A stretch of DNA of 63,984 nucleotides, filler included, from Lama guanicoe (Eukaryota): assembly GCA_013239625.1 (NCBI GenBank). It is 81 parts of 77 records of this genome, joined end to end, with 100 filler letters (N's around TTAATTAATTAA, not from the genome) between each part and the next. Parts side by side here need not be neighbours in the genome. Positions count along the whole stretch, not along the records: positions 25,226 to 25,714 come from MU057032.1; positions 25,815 to 26,580 come from PNXV01024496.1; positions 26,681 to 27,508 come from MU057034.1; positions 27,609 to 28,463 come from PNXV01024499.1; positions 28,564 to 29,189 come from PNXV01024501.1; positions 29,290 to 29,917 come from PNXV01024505.1; positions 30,018 to 31,256 come from MU057036.1; positions 31,357 to 32,116 come from MU057037.1; 73 more parts are not named here. One strand, written 5' to 3'. Below the pieces are notes generated by a model. It worked only from the letters and a program-made list of their open reading frames with translations, searched no databases and was not told the origin of the DNA. The position numbers were made by a program, and so were the translations under genes. Each line of letters begins with the position of its first letter. Within the stretch, counting starts at the first letter, position 1. Positions 25,226 through 38,186 of the stretch are shown piece by piece.

Positions 25226-25713
25226 AGATGCATGGCCTGAAGTGTTTGCAAAACAAACGAGAAGCAGGCCAAGATAGAATCAAACAAACAATCAACACAA
25301 AGAGGGTAGGATAACATGAATATTCAAAAGAAATTACTCAAGGTGATGTCAAGGATCATTCAGTACGCATCGACNNNNNNNNNNNNNNNNNNNNNNNNNN
25401 NNNNNNNNNNGAGGCGTGCATTTATATTCGTAAATATTGATTCATATGAGCATATCGTGACCTAACCCAAATGCCGATTTGGAATCCAATGGATTCCTAG
25501 TCCGTGATATAGACTTGCAAGTCTTCCAACTGGATGAATGAATGCCATCTTCTACACTACGTCGAGAAGAAATGGCACAAGCCTATAACAAGGAAAAGTA
25601 GCTCCGCAAAAGTGTACTAAGATTAAACGAGACAGGCAGTAAAGTGCACATTGGGGATTGTATCTTTCTTAGGAATTTCAGCCCCCTTGAAACAAATGGA
25701 TAGATGTCCCGTG
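25226..25713 (+). repeat. Copy of decayed-L1-derived long repeat (ORF2 endonuclease-like part)
   Basis: Reverse-complement match to 21673-21930; GGAATTTCAGCCCCCTTGAAACAAATGGATAGAT resembles the GDFNTPL..MDRS segment. Confidence 0.7.
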
Positions 25714-25814
25714 ANNNNNNNNNNNNNNNNNNNNNNNNNNNNNNNNNNNNNNNNNNNNTTAATTAATTAANNNNNNNNNNNNNNNNNNNNNNNNNNNNNN
25801 NNNNNNNNNNNNNN

Positions 25815-26580
25815 CAGAACACAGAATTTGGAATATAGATTAAATGATACTGGATATAGAATTAGGAATACAGAATGTAGAACACAAATATATAATATAG
25901 AATACAGAAAGCTGAATATAGTATTTAGATTAGAGAATGCAGAACACAGAATTTAGAATATAGAATATAGATTATAGATCCCAGAATTTAGAACATGGAA
26001 TGCAGAACACAGAATTTAGAATATAGCATATGGAATGCTGAATATAGAATTTAGAATACAGAATGAATAACACAGAATATTGTATATAGAATACGGAATG
26101 CAGAATATAGAATACAAAATATAGAATGTTGGAAACAGAATATAGGAAAAAAGAATAGAGGAAACAGAATTTAGAACATGGAATGCAGAACACAGAATTT
26201 CGAATATAGTATACAGAATACTGAATATAGAAATAAGAATATAGAATGTGGAACACAGTACAAAGAATATAGAACAAGGAATGCAGAATATAGAATGTAA
26301 AATATAGAATGATGCAGACAAAATATAGAACATACAGTAGACAATATAGAAGCCAGAATTTTAACATGGAATGCAGAACACAGAAATTGTATATACAACA
26401 AAGAATACTGAATATAGTATTTAGAACATAGAATGCGGAAAAAAGATTTTAGAATATAGAATACAGAATATAGAATATGGGAAACAGAATACAGAACATA
26501 GAATTTAAACATGGAATGCAGAACACAGAAATTGTATATACAACAAAGAATACTGAATATAGTATTTAGAACATAGAATG
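25815..26580 (+). repeat. 7-bp-unit AGAATAT satellite
   Basis: Heptamer array; CAGAAATTGTATATACAAC at 26381 and 26526 (145 bp). Confidence 0.95.
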
Positions 26581-27608
26581 NNNNNNNNNNNNNNNNNNNN
26601 NNNNNNNNNNNNNNNNNNNNNNNNTTAATTAATTAANNNNNNNNNNNNNNNNNNNNNNNNNNNNNNNNNNNNNNNNNNNNGCTTAGACAAGTTGCAGTGT
26701 CTTGCAAAGTGAGCTACAGACAGTAAGTGTTTCTTGAAGCACACGACTCTTTCCTCCTCACTGCAGCAGAGAACCTCTGCATTGGAGCATCCTGAGATGT
26801 CATCCATCGTCATTTTTCATATTAGGAATCAGTAAGGATGCTATGTCCACGTGGATGAGGAGGGTAAGNNNNNNNNNNNNNNNNNNNNNNNNNNNNNNNN
26901 NNNNNNNNNNNNNNNNNNNNNNNNNNNNNNNNNNNNNNNNNNNNNNNNNNNNNNNNNNNNNNNNNNNNNNNNNNNNNNNNNNNNNNNNNNNNNNNNNNNN
27001 NNNNNNNNNNNNNNNNNNNNNNNNNNNNNNNNNNNNNNNNNNNNNNNNNNNNNNNNNNNNNNNNNNNNNNNNNNNNNNNNNNNNNNNNNNNNNNNNNNNN
27101 NNNNNNNNNNNNNNNNNNNNNNNNNNNNNNNNNNNNNNNNNNNNNNNNNNNNNNNNNNNNNNNNNNNNNNNNNNNNNNNNNNNNNNNNNNNNNNNNNNNN
27201 NNNNNNNNNNNNNNNNNNNNNNNNNNATCAATTTTATAGAAACTTTTGAAGAATTAAAGTGACAGAAAATTGCAAAGCACCTTCTCCTTCTGGTAGAAAA
27301 CTGTTCTGTTTTCCTTTTTTGATGAATGTGACATAGAACCAGTACTAATATTGTTTGTATTGCACTTAGTGTTTACAGAGTGATTCACAGCTATTCTCCT
27401 TTTTCATCTGTGCAATGACCTCTGGAAGATAAGATTTCCTAGTTATGCTTTTTCATGTTTATTTCTTAACTGTGTCTAAAAGCAGATTGATTGAGATCCA
27501 TTTGCTCANNNNNNNNNNNNNNNNNNNNNNNNNNNNNNNNNNNNNNNNNNNNTTAATTAATTAANNNNNNNNNNNNNNNNNNNNNNNNNNNNNNNNNNNN
27601 NNNNNNNN

Positions 27609-28463
27609 GAACATCTGTGACTGAAGAGAGCTGCGTGGAGTTCTCTCTAGAGCTCCCGACGCACTGACAATGGTTCCGGAATCCTGAGAGTGGGGAGGTT
27701 TTACCAACGGTCGGCAGCGCGTGGGGTCTAACGGAATGCCTAAGCTCGTCTCCCCTGGGTTTTTTCCTAATTTCTCTGTGCCAGGGAATGCTAGGGGTGT
27801 TTGCAGGCAATCCCATTGACAGAGGCTGCCTCCCCAAGGTCAGGGAAGGTATTTCTCAGAATTCCCCCTAACACGGAACACCTGTGACTGAAGAGAGCTG
27901 CGTGGAGTTCTCTCTAGAGCTCCCGACGCACTGACAATGGTTCCGGAATCCTGAGCTTGGGGAGGTTCCAACAACGGTCGGCAGCGCGTGGGTTCTAACG
28001 GAATGCCTAAGCTCGACTCCCCTGGGATTTTTCCTAATATCACTGTGCCAGGGAATGCTAGGGGGGTTTGCAGGAAATCCCACTGTCAGAGGCTGCCTCC
28101 CCAAGGTTAGGGAAGGTATTTCTCAGAATACCCCCTAACACGGAACACCTGTGACTGAAGAGAGCTGCGTGGAGTTTTCTCTCTAGCTCCCCATGCACTG
28201 ACAATGGTTCTAGATTCCTGAGCGTTGGGAGGTCCCACCAACGGTCGGCAGCATTCTAACGGAATGCCTAAGCTCGACTCCCCTGGGTTTTTTCCTAATG
28301 TCTCTGTGCCAGGGAATGCTAGGGGGGTTTGCAGGCAATCCCAGTGACAGAGGCTGCCTCCCCTAGGTCAGGGAAAGTATTTGGCAGAATTCACCCTAAC
28401 ACGGAACATCTGTTACTGAAGAGAGCTGCGTGGAGTTCTCTCTAGAGCTCCCCACGCACTGAC
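27609..28463 (+). repeat. 267-bp GC-rich satellite, ~3.2 monomers
   Basis: CTGAAGAGAG at 27621, 27888, 28155: exact 267-bp period. Confidence 0.97.
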
Positions 28464-28699
28464 NNNNNNNNNNNNNNNNNNNNNNNNNNNNNNNNNNNNN
28501 NNNNNNNTTAATTAATTAANNNNNNNNNNNNNNNNNNNNNNNNNNNNNNNNNNNNNNNNNNNNTTTTGAACCTTAAACAGATGTCTGCCTCCTAGTCCTT
28601 GCTGAAACGCAAAGGTAGTTTTGTCTGATTGTTCTCTCTCTCTGTCAAAAGCACCCCAATTCTTAACATAAATTTTTCAAAATTCAGCTTTGATTTCTT

Positions 28700-29189
28700 T
28701 TTATCAAACTAATGCCATACATTCAATAAAGAGTCAAACTGTTCTCGAACACCGATTGTAAAAAGGAGCAGTTCCCAAAAACCGCCCCATTTCCTGGTCA
28801 GAAACAACCACGTTCAGCTCCTACTGCTGACTCTTGGAATAATTACTCCCTTTCTCTGACTAATATCCTTGTAACACAGCCTACTGACTTATTCAGTTTT
28901 ATGTATCACCTATTTAACATTCTATTTTGGAAAATGAGGATTAAGCTCTCTTACAAACCCCATCTCATCTACACACCCAAACCTTAATTCTTCCAACCTT
29001 TTGATACAATTACATTATAATTTTCATCAGCTCAGTATCCTTGCATTACATTATTATTACTCTGTACAGACTATTCAAAGCTGTAGCATTTTGCACTAGT
29101 CTTACCTTTTCTTCCCTGCTTCGTTTTCCTGGAGTTAATCATTGTCTTGGTGGTTCATAGCTTAGATTTCTGTGCACTTAACAATTCAA
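28700..29189 (-). mobile_element. Possible ancient HAL1/L1ME-like fragment
   Basis: GGAAAATGAGGATTAAGCTCTCTT motif recalled from HAL1-type elements. Confidence 0.35.
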
Positions 29190-29289
29190 NNNNNNNNNNN
29201 NNNNNNNNNNNNNNNNNNNNNNNNNNNNNNNNNTTAATTAATTAANNNNNNNNNNNNNNNNNNNNNNNNNNNNNNNNNNNNNNNNNNNN

Positions 29290-29917
29290 GGGGAGCTCGA
29301 GAGACAACTCCACGCAGCTCTCTTCAGTCACACGCTTTCCCTGTTCTGGGAAGTCCGAGAAATATCTTCCCTGACTTTGGGGAGGCAGCATCTGTCACTG
29401 GGATATCCTGCAATTCCCCCTAGCATTCCCTGGCACAGAGACATTAGGAAAACAATCAGGGGAGACGAGTTTATGCTTTCCGTTAGAACCCACGCGCTAC
29501 CGACCGTAGGTGGAACCTTCCCACGCTCAGGATTCCGGAACCATTGTCAGTGCGTGGGGAAGCTCGTGAGACAACTCCACGCAGCTCTCTTCAGTCACAG
29601 GTGTTCCCTGTTCGGTGAAGTCCGAGAAATAACTTCCCTGACCTTGGGGAGGCAGCCTCTGTCACTGGGATATCCTGCAAACCCCCTAGCATTCCCTGGC
29701 ACAGAGACATTAGGAAAACCCTCAGGGGAGACGAGCTTAGGCTTTCCGTTAGAACCCACGCGCTGCCGACCGTTGGTGGAACCTCCCCACGCTCAGGATT
29801 CCGGAAGCATTGTCAGTGCGTGGGGAGACAACTCCACTCTCTTCAGTCTCACGTTTTCCGTGTTCTGAGAAGTCCGAGAAATATCTTCCCTGACTTTGGG
29901 GATGCAGCCTCTGTCAC
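29290..29917 (-). repeat. 267-bp satellite
   Basis: Reverse complement of the monomer at 27609; small deletion near 29825. Confidence 0.95.
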
Positions 29918-30017
29918 NNNNNNNNNNNNNNNNNNNNNNNNNNNNNNNNNNNNNNNNNNNNTTAATTAATTAANNNNNNNNNNNNNNNNNNNNNNNNNNN
30001 NNNNNNNNNNNNNNNNN

Positions 30018-31256
30018 TAAGAAAGGAAAATGGAGAAATTACAACAAACAAAATAGAAATACAGAATATCATACGAGAATATTATGAAAAACTATATGGA
30101 ACCAAACTGGATAACCTAGAAGAGACAGACAAGTTCCTGGAAACATACTGTCCACCAAAACTGAATCAAGAAAAACTTAACACTTGAACAATCCGATCAC
30201 TAGAAAGGAAATAGAAATAGCAATTAAAAACCTCCCTACAAATAAAAGTCCAGGACCGGACGGCTTCACCGGGGAATTCTACCAAACATACAAAGAAGAA
30301 CTCATACCAGTCCTTCTCAAACTCTTCCAGACGATTGAAAAGGAGGGAATACTCCCAAACTCATTCTATGAAGCCACCATCACCCTGATACCAAAACCAG
30401 GCAAAGACACTACAAAAAAAGAGAATTATAGGCCAATATCACTGATGAACATAGACACCAAAATCCTCACAAAAATCTTAGCAAATAGAATCCAACAACA
30501 CATAGAAAAGATTATACATCTTGACCAAGTGGGGTTCATCCCAGGGACACAAGGNNNNNNNNNNNNNNNNNNNNNNNNNNNNNNNNNNNNNNNNNNNNNN
30601 NNNNNNNNNNNNNNNNNNNNNNNNNNNNNNNNNNNNNNNNNNNNNNNNNNNNNNNNNNNNNNNNNNNNNNNNNNNNNNNNNNNNNNNNNNNNNNNNNNNN
30701 NNNNNNNNNNNNNNNNNNNNNNNNNNNNNNNNNNNNNNNNNNNNNNNNNNNNNNNNNNNNNNNNNNNNNNNNNNNNNNNNNNNNNNNNNNNNNNNNNNNN
30801 NNNNNNNNNNNNNNNNNNNNNNNNNNNNNNNNNNNNNNNNNNNNNNNNNNNNNNNNNNNNNNNNNNNNNNNNNNNNNNNNNNNNNNNNNNNNNNNNNNNN
30901 NNNNNNNNNNNNNNNNNNNNNNNNNNNNNNNNNNNNNNNNNNNNNNNNNNNNNNNNNNNNNNNNNNNNNNNNNNNNNNNNNNNNNNNNNNNNNNNNNNNN
31001 NNNNNNNNNNNNNNNNNNNNNNNNNNNNNNNNNNNNNNNNNNNNNNNNNNNNNNNNNNNNNNNNNNNNNNNNNNNNNNNNNNNNNNNNNNNNNNNNNNNN
31101 NNNNNNNNNNNNNNNNNNNNNNGTAATAAAATGGAATAAATCTAACCAAGGAGGCGAAAGAATTATACACAGAAAACTATAAACCATTGATGAAGGAAAT
31201 TAAAGAAGACTTTAAAAAATGGAAAGATATTCCATGCTCTTGTCTTGGAAGAATCA
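30018..31256 (+). mobile_element. Young L1 ORF2 fragment (pre-RT/RT), frameshift near 30175
   Basis: [20 protein letters not shown]...LIPKPGKD...[15 protein letters not shown]...DQVGFIPG; the upstream frame (IREYYEKLY..KLNQE) stops near 30185. Confidence 0.97.
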
Positions 31257-31356
31257 NNNNNNNNNNNNNNNNNNNNNNNNNNNNNNNNNNNNNNNNNNNN
31301 TTAATTAATTAANNNNNNNNNNNNNNNNNNNNNNNNNNNNNNNNNNNNNNNNNNNN

Positions 31357-32116
31357 ACATTAGGAAAATCCTCAGGGGAGACGATCTTAGGCATTCCGTT
31401 AGAACAGACGTGCTGCCGACCGTATGTGGAAACTCCCCACGCTCAGGATTCCGGAACCATTGTCAGTGCGTGGGGGAGCTCGAGAGACAACTCCACGCAG
31501 CTCTCTTCAGTCACAGGTGTTCCCTGTTCGAGGAAGTCCGAGAAATAACTTCNNNNNNNNNNNNNNNNNNNNNNNNNNNNNNNNNNNNNNNNNNNNNNNN
31601 NNNNNNNNNNNNNNNNNNNNNNNNNNNNNNNNNNNNNNNNNNNNNNNNNNNNNNNNNNNNNNNNNNNNNNNNNNNNNNNNNNNNNNNNNNNNNNNNNNNN
31701 NNNNNNNNNNNNNNNNNNNNNNNNNNNNNNNNNNNNNNNNNNNNNNNNNNNNNNNNNNNNNNNNNNNNNNNNNNNNNNNNNNNNNNNNNNNNNNNNNNNN
31801 NNNNNNNNNNNNNNNNNNNNNNNNNNNNNNNNNNNNNNNNNNNNNNNNNNNNNNNNNNNNNNNNNNNNNNNNNNNNNNNNNNNNNNNNNNNNNNNNNNNN
31901 NNNNNNNNNNNNNNNNNNNNNNNNNNNNNNNNNNNNNNNNNNNNNNNNNNNNNNNNNNNNNNNNNNNNNNNNNNNNNNNNNNNNNNNNNNNNNNNNNNNN
32001 NNNNNNNNNNNNNNNNNNNNNNNNNNNNNNNNNNNNNNNNNNNNNNNNNNNNNNNNNNNNNNNNAAAAAACTTTCCCTGACCTTGGGGAGGCAGCCTCTG
32101 TCCCTGGGACTTCCTG
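31357..32116 (-). repeat. 267-bp satellite (gapped)
   Basis: Same monomer in reverse orientation. Confidence 0.93.
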
Positions 32117-32216
32117 NNNNNNNNNNNNNNNNNNNNNNNNNNNNNNNNNNNNNNNNNNNNTTAATTAATTAANNNNNNNNNNNNNNNNNNNNNNNNNNNN
32201 NNNNNNNNNNNNNNNN

Positions 32217-33342
32217 AATATAGAATATAGAAAATAGAATGAAGAACACAAAGTATAGAATATATTAAGGAGAATATACAATACAGAATTTAAATTTGGA
32301 ATGCAGAACACTGAATTTAGAATATAGAATACAGAATACTGAATATAGGACTTAGAATATAGAATGTAGAACACAGAATATAGAATATAGAATATGGAAT
32401 ACAGAATATAGAATACAGAATATAGAATGTAGAACAAAGAATATAGAATATGGATAACAAAATACAGAACCCANNNNNNNNNNNNNNNNNNNNNNNNNNN
32501 NNNNNNNNNNNNNNNNNTACTGAATATAGAATTTAGAACATAGAATGCAGAACACAGTATTTAGAATATAGAATACGCAATGCAGAATATAGAATGTAGA
32601 ATATAGAATGAAGAACACAAAATATAGAATATATAAAAGAGAATATACTACCCAGAATTAAGACTTGAAATGCAGAACTGAGAATTTTGAATATACAATA
32701 CAGAATACTGACTATAGAATTTAGAATATAGAATGTACAACACAGAATATAGAATATAGACTACGGAATGCAAAACATATAATGTAGAGTATAGAATGAA
32801 TAACACACAATATACGATATAGAATAGAGAATACAGAATCCAGAATTTAGAACATGGACTGCAGACCACAGAATTTAGAATATAGAATACAGAATAATGG
32901 ATATAGAACTTAGAATATATAATGTAGGACACAGAATATAGAATATAGACTACGGAATGCAAAATATATTATGTAGATTATAGAATTAAGAACACACAAT
33001 ATAGAATATAGAATAGAGAATATAGAACCCAGAATTTAGAACACGGAATGCAGAACACAAAATTTAGAATATAGAATACAGAATACTGAATATAAAATTT
33101 AGAATATAGAATGTAGAACACAGAATATAGCATATAGAATAGAGAACATAGAATCTAGAATTTAGAACATNNNNNNNNNNNNNNNNNNNNNNNNNNNNNN
33201 NNNNNNNNNNNNNNNNNNNNNNNNNNNNNNNNNNNNNNNNNNNNNNNNNNNNNNNNNNNNNNNNNNNNNATAGCATATAGAGAACATAGAATCTAGAATT
33301 TAGAACATTGAATGCAGAACACAGAATTTAGAATATAGAATA
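32217..33342 (+). repeat. 7-bp-unit AGAATAT satellite
   Basis: Heptamer array; GACTACGGAATGCAAAA recurs at ~32759 and ~32948 (189 bp = 27x7). Confidence 0.95.
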
Positions 33343-34261
33343 NNNNNNNNNNNNNNNNNNNNNNNNNNNNNNNNNNNNNNNNNNNNTTAATTAATTAANN
33401 NNNNNNNNNNNNNNNNNNNNNNNNNNNNNNNNNNNNNNNNNNGCTGCGGTGACCACTCTTCTTGGAAGACCATGTGATGTTATTCGCATGATGAGCCCTT
33501 GAATAGCTGTGCTATTTGAGTAATACGGAAAGTGTGGATAAATCGAATCTTTAGCTTCTCCAAATTCTCAGTCTTTGTGCTGATCAGAGTCTCCACTTTT
33601 CTGGAAGGATATGCTTCTTGATTTAATTATGTGGTGCTGTGCTGGGATGCACACAAAAGCGACAGTGAGTGGAAAGGCTGAGTTCATGTTGGCAGAAGTA
33701 TAAATACATCTTAGGGCGGAGGGGAAACGAGCCGTGCGTGGGCTGACACAGGTGCCGGCCGGAGCTGACCTGTGTGGCTTGCAGCAGGGAGAGGTTCTGC
33801 TTCGGGGGGACCTAACCAGTTCCCCACCTGTCTGAGTACTCCTGGGTGAAGCTGAACTTTAGCAGATTTGAAGCAGAAACATATAGTCTTTTTTGAATTC
33901 TAGTTGGTTCAACGTTTAAAAAAATGAGTAGATTTAGACTTTTCATCTTCTCTGTTTTCGTTTCCTTTGCCTTTCTTTTGATTGAAGTGTGAATGAATAA
34001 TGCTAAAGACAAAACACAACAGAGAAGGCAGATTACGGGAAAATTGGAAAATCAAACTCTGTGGAACAAAGACTTACTCTTTTTAAATTACGTAACAAAT
34101 TTAACGAAATTTAATGAAGCAAATAAACAAATTTAATGAAGAAGTGAATTGACTATTTAAANNNNNNNNNNNNNNNNNNNNNNNNNNNNNNNNNNNNNNN
34201 NNNNNTTAATTAATTAANNNNNNNNNNNNNNNNNNNNNNNNNNNNNNNNNNNNNNNNNNNN

Positions 34262-34662
34262 GAATGAAGAAAATGGAATGCACAACACAAAATGTAGTAT
34301 ACAGAATATTTATACTGAAAATAGAATTTAGAAAATAGATGTAGAACACAGAATTTAGAATATAGAATAAAGAATACTGAATATAGAATTTAAAATATAA
34401 AATGTAGAACACAGAATATAGAATATGGAGAACAGAATTCAGAACCGAGAATTTAAGACATGGAATGCAGAACACAGAATTTAGAATAAAGAATACAGAA
34501 CACTGAATATAGAATTGATAATATAGAATGTAGAACACAGAATATAGAATATAAATATTGAATGCAGAATATTGAATTTAGAAGATAGAAAGCAGTACAC
34601 AAAGTTTTGAATGTACAATAGAGAATATTGAAGCCAGAATTTAGACCATGGAATGCAGAAAA
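34262..34662 (+). repeat. 7-bp-unit AGAATAT satellite
   Basis: Heptamer array. Confidence 0.93.
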
Positions 34663-34762
34663 NNNNNNNNNNNNNNNNNNNNNNNNNNNNNNNNNNNNNN
34701 NNNNNNTTAATTAATTAANNNNNNNNNNNNNNNNNNNNNNNNNNNNNNNNNNNNNNNNNNNN

Positions 34763-35297
34763 CCTAATCCTTTGTATTTTATTTCTGATTTTGTTTCTTT
34801 GGGCCCTCTCTTTTTATCGTGATGAGTCTGCCAAAGGTTTATCAATTTTGTTTATTTTTCAAAGAACCATCTCTTACTTTCATTGACATTTACTCCTGCC
34901 TGTCTCCATTTCATTTACTTCTGTTCTGATTTTTATTATTTCTTTCCTTCTACTAACTTTAGGTTTTGATTATTCTTCATTTTCTAGTTCCTTCAGGTGT
35001 ATAATTAGGTTGTTGAAAATTTTCTTATTTCCGGAGGCAAGCTCATATGTCTATACACTTCCTTCTTGGAACACTGCTTTGTTGCATCCCACAGATTGTG
35101 GATCATCGTGTTTTTATTTTCATTTCTCTCCATTTTTTTTTCATTTCCTCTTTGATTTCTTCAGTGACCCATTGGTTGTTTAGTAGCATATTGCAGCCTA
35201 TTGTTTAGCCTCTACATGTTTGTGCTTTTTGCAGGTTTTTTTTTTCTTGTTGATTTCTGGTCTCATACTCTTGTGATCTGAAAAGATACTTGATATG
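34763..35297 (-). mobile_element. L1 ORF2 fragment
   Basis: Antisense L1: AAAGGTTTATCAATTTTGTTTATTTTTCAAAGAACC, GTTGCATCCCACAGATT. Confidence 0.9.
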
Positions 35298-35661
35298 NNN
35301 NNNNNNNNNNNNNNNNNNNNNNNNNNNNNNNNNNNNNNNNNTTAATTAATTAANNNNNNNNNNNNNNNNNNNNNNNNNNNNNNNNNNNNNNNNNNNNTAT
35401 ACAATTATAACATCAAAAAACTCATTTTGATCAATCTTGAAATCCTTAGTATATGTACCCACCTTAAACAGAAATTCTAATTAACACTTTTAATTTTCAC
35501 TCAGAAAACATGTGGTCCAAGTAGAAATTAATCTCTGAGTCCCTGTCTGTTTTTGAACTTATTTTGTTTAAAAGGCTATCTGTGTTCAAAGTATATAGCT
35601 CTTGTGTGAGAGTGGCCTGCACAAACACGATGGCACTGGTGCCACTTGAAACAATGTAGTT

Positions 35662-36351
35662 AAATCAAAAAGCCAACCTACGAAATGGGAGAAAATATTT
35701 ACAATGATGTGACTGACAAAGGCTTAATTTCCAGAATACATATAACAACTCATACAACTTAATAACAACAACAACAAAAAAAAACCTAATCCAAAAATGG
35801 GCAGAAGACCTAAACAAGCAATTCTCCAAGGAAGACATACAGATGGCCAATAGGCACATGAAAAAATGCTCAGTATCGCTAATTATCAGAGAAATGCAAA
35901 TCAAAACTGCAATGAGGTATCAGCTCACACCAGTCAGAAAGGCCATCACTCAAAAGTCCACAAATGATAAATGCTGGAGAGGCTGTGGAGAAAAGGGAAC
36001 CCTCCTACACTGTTGGTGGGAATGTATTTTGGTGCAGCCATTATGGAAAACAGTATGGAGATTCCTTAAAAAACTAAAAATAGACTTACCCTATGATCTA
36101 GCAATCCCACTCCTGGGATCCGGAAGGACTCTAATTCGAAAAGACACACACACCCCAATGTTCATAGCAGCACTATTTACAATAGCCAAAATATGGACGC
36201 AACGTAAACGTCCATTGACAGATGACTAGATAAAGAAACTGTGGTATATTTATAAAATGGCATACTATTCAGCCATAAAAATGATAACATAGTACCATTT
36301 GAAGCAACATGGATGGACCTGGGGATTGTCATTCTAAGTGAAGTAAGCCAG
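35662..36351 (+). mobile_element. L1 ORF2 C-terminus and start of 3' UTR
   Basis: [21 protein letters not shown]...[34 protein letters not shown]. Confidence 0.96.
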
Positions 36352-37098
36352 NNNNNNNNNNNNNNNNNNNNNNNNNNNNNNNNNNNNNNNNNNNNTTAAT
36401 TAATTAANNNNNNNNNNNNNNNNNNNNNNNNNNNNNNNNNNNNNNNNNNNNGGGACTGTACTTTTACAGACTTTCTGATTTATATCATGAACAACCCGCA
36501 GAGGGTCACAAGTGGAACTGCCTCACAAGTGACAGAAGACAGATGAGAGGCATATAGCAACAGGTCACAAAGATGGTAAGAGCAAAGTTGATTATCCAAC
36601 CCCCCCAAAAAATTACTCAAAGAACAGAAAACTGAATTTTGAAAGTAAAATTCTATCATATAAAGAAATAAAATAAATAATCTTCTTCATCATGGTTTTA
36701 AGATTTGACTGCAGAATTTCTAGCAGGCCATACTGAATCCTAGCACAGAAAAATCAGATGAAATAGTGGTGAGTAAGTTTCAGAAAAACTTCAGTAATTC
36801 CTCCACTTGTAAGTGGACATACGCTCACCTGCTAAAGGTGAATGTAAATCACATTCTGGAGAAATTTGGAAGCTTCCAGGCTCCGGTTCTGAATGGCAAG
36901 GACATGGACAGCTTTGAAGCATGCTTCTGAGTCACCGGCATTCTTACAATGCAGGGGTAAACGGAGACTCTCAGTCAAGAGCAGAGATGTTCCTGTCGNN
37001 NNNNNNNNNNNNNNNNNNNNNNNNNNNNNNNNNNNNNNNNNNTTAATTAATTAANNNNNNNNNNNNNNNNNNNNNNNNNNNNNNNNNNNNNNNNNNNN

Positions 37099-37553
37099 TC
37101 TCCAATTGCTGTTGTTGCCTTTATTGTGATGAACACCCATACTATTTTGATTAGCATATCCGTAGTTTGATTACGCTTATCTCACAAATCTAAAAGTGCA
37201 CAGGACACTTCCTCTGGTGGAAATGAAGCTTCTAAAGGTTCTCAGCTCTGCATTCTGCTCCATGTCACTTTGGAGTGTTTCCAAACCTGCAAACTGAGAG
37301 TGCGCCTGTGCTTTGTAGTGCCACGGGAATGTCCCAATGAAACCAGTTCTTCCCAGAGCTTCTCTGCCTACAGAAACACCAGTGGAAGCATATCAATGGN
37401 NNNNNNNNNNNNNNNNNNNNNNNNNNNNNNNNNNCCGACCTTGGCCGGTGCCGTATCGTGCCGATGCCATCCAAAATGTAGCATCTGCTTTTGGGAGATA
37501 ATGTTGAAGGAAATGCTTCATCGTCTCACGCTGTGGACTTGGACCACTCTTCC
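37099..37553 (-). repeat. Copy of decayed-L1-derived long repeat
   Basis: Colinear with 492-636 and 53649-54045 (CAGGACACTT..GTGGAAATG.AGCTTCTAAAGGTTCT; GTAGTGCCACGGGAATGTCCC). Confidence 0.85.
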
Positions 37554-37653
37554 NNNNNNNNNNNNNNNNNNNNNNNNNNNNNNNNNNNNNNNNNNNNTTA
37601 ATTAATTAANNNNNNNNNNNNNNNNNNNNNNNNNNNNNNNNNNNNNNNNNNNN

Positions 37654-38086
37654 AACCTACAGAAGAGAATTATTCCATTATAAGAAAGTATTTCTAAGAA
37701 TATTGTCAGAGATAAAACTCATAAGGAAGAGATTTACTATCATAAGAATATTTTGAGACACAACCAAAATAAAAATCCTCCTGAACAAAATGAAAGGCAA
37801 GAAATGACAAGAGAAAGTTCTGTGATACATGTTGATGAAGACAAGAAGTTAATGTTCATAACATACAAAGAGCTGTCAAAAAGGAACAAGAAGCTCCCAC
37901 ACTTAAATGGTGCAAAGGATTAAAGGAATCATTCATTTTAAAAAATTCAAATGGCTAATGAGTGAAAAATGCTCAATACCTCACTGGTCATCAAATACAA
38001 AATAAAACAATGAAAAAGCCCTTTTGCTCATCATATACGCAAATATTTTTAATAGATATTCTAGCTAGTGTCCATCTGTGGGAGAA
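37654..38086 (+). mobile_element. Ancient L1 3' fragment, paralog of 12345-12620
   Basis: Direct colinear alignment over ~280 bp. Confidence 0.6.
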
Positions 38087-38186
38087 NNNNNNNNNNNNNN
38101 NNNNNNNNNNNNNNNNNNNNNNNNNNNNNNTTAATTAATTAANNNNNNNNNNNNNNNNNNNNNNNNNNNNNNNNNNNNNNNNNNNN

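Noticed and set aside
29377..29868. 163-aa ORF and similar ORFs in 267-bp arrays
   Set aside because: 267 is divisible by 3 and the repeat is GC-rich, so open frames arise by chance; no recognisable protein.
30184..31182. Intact or novel reverse transcriptase gene
   Set aside because: Ordinary L1 ORF2 fragment with an upstream frameshift; most of the ORF is N.
36470..36580. Exon-like segment between TTTTACAG and GTAAGA
   Set aside because: All three frames contain stops; no homolog recognised.
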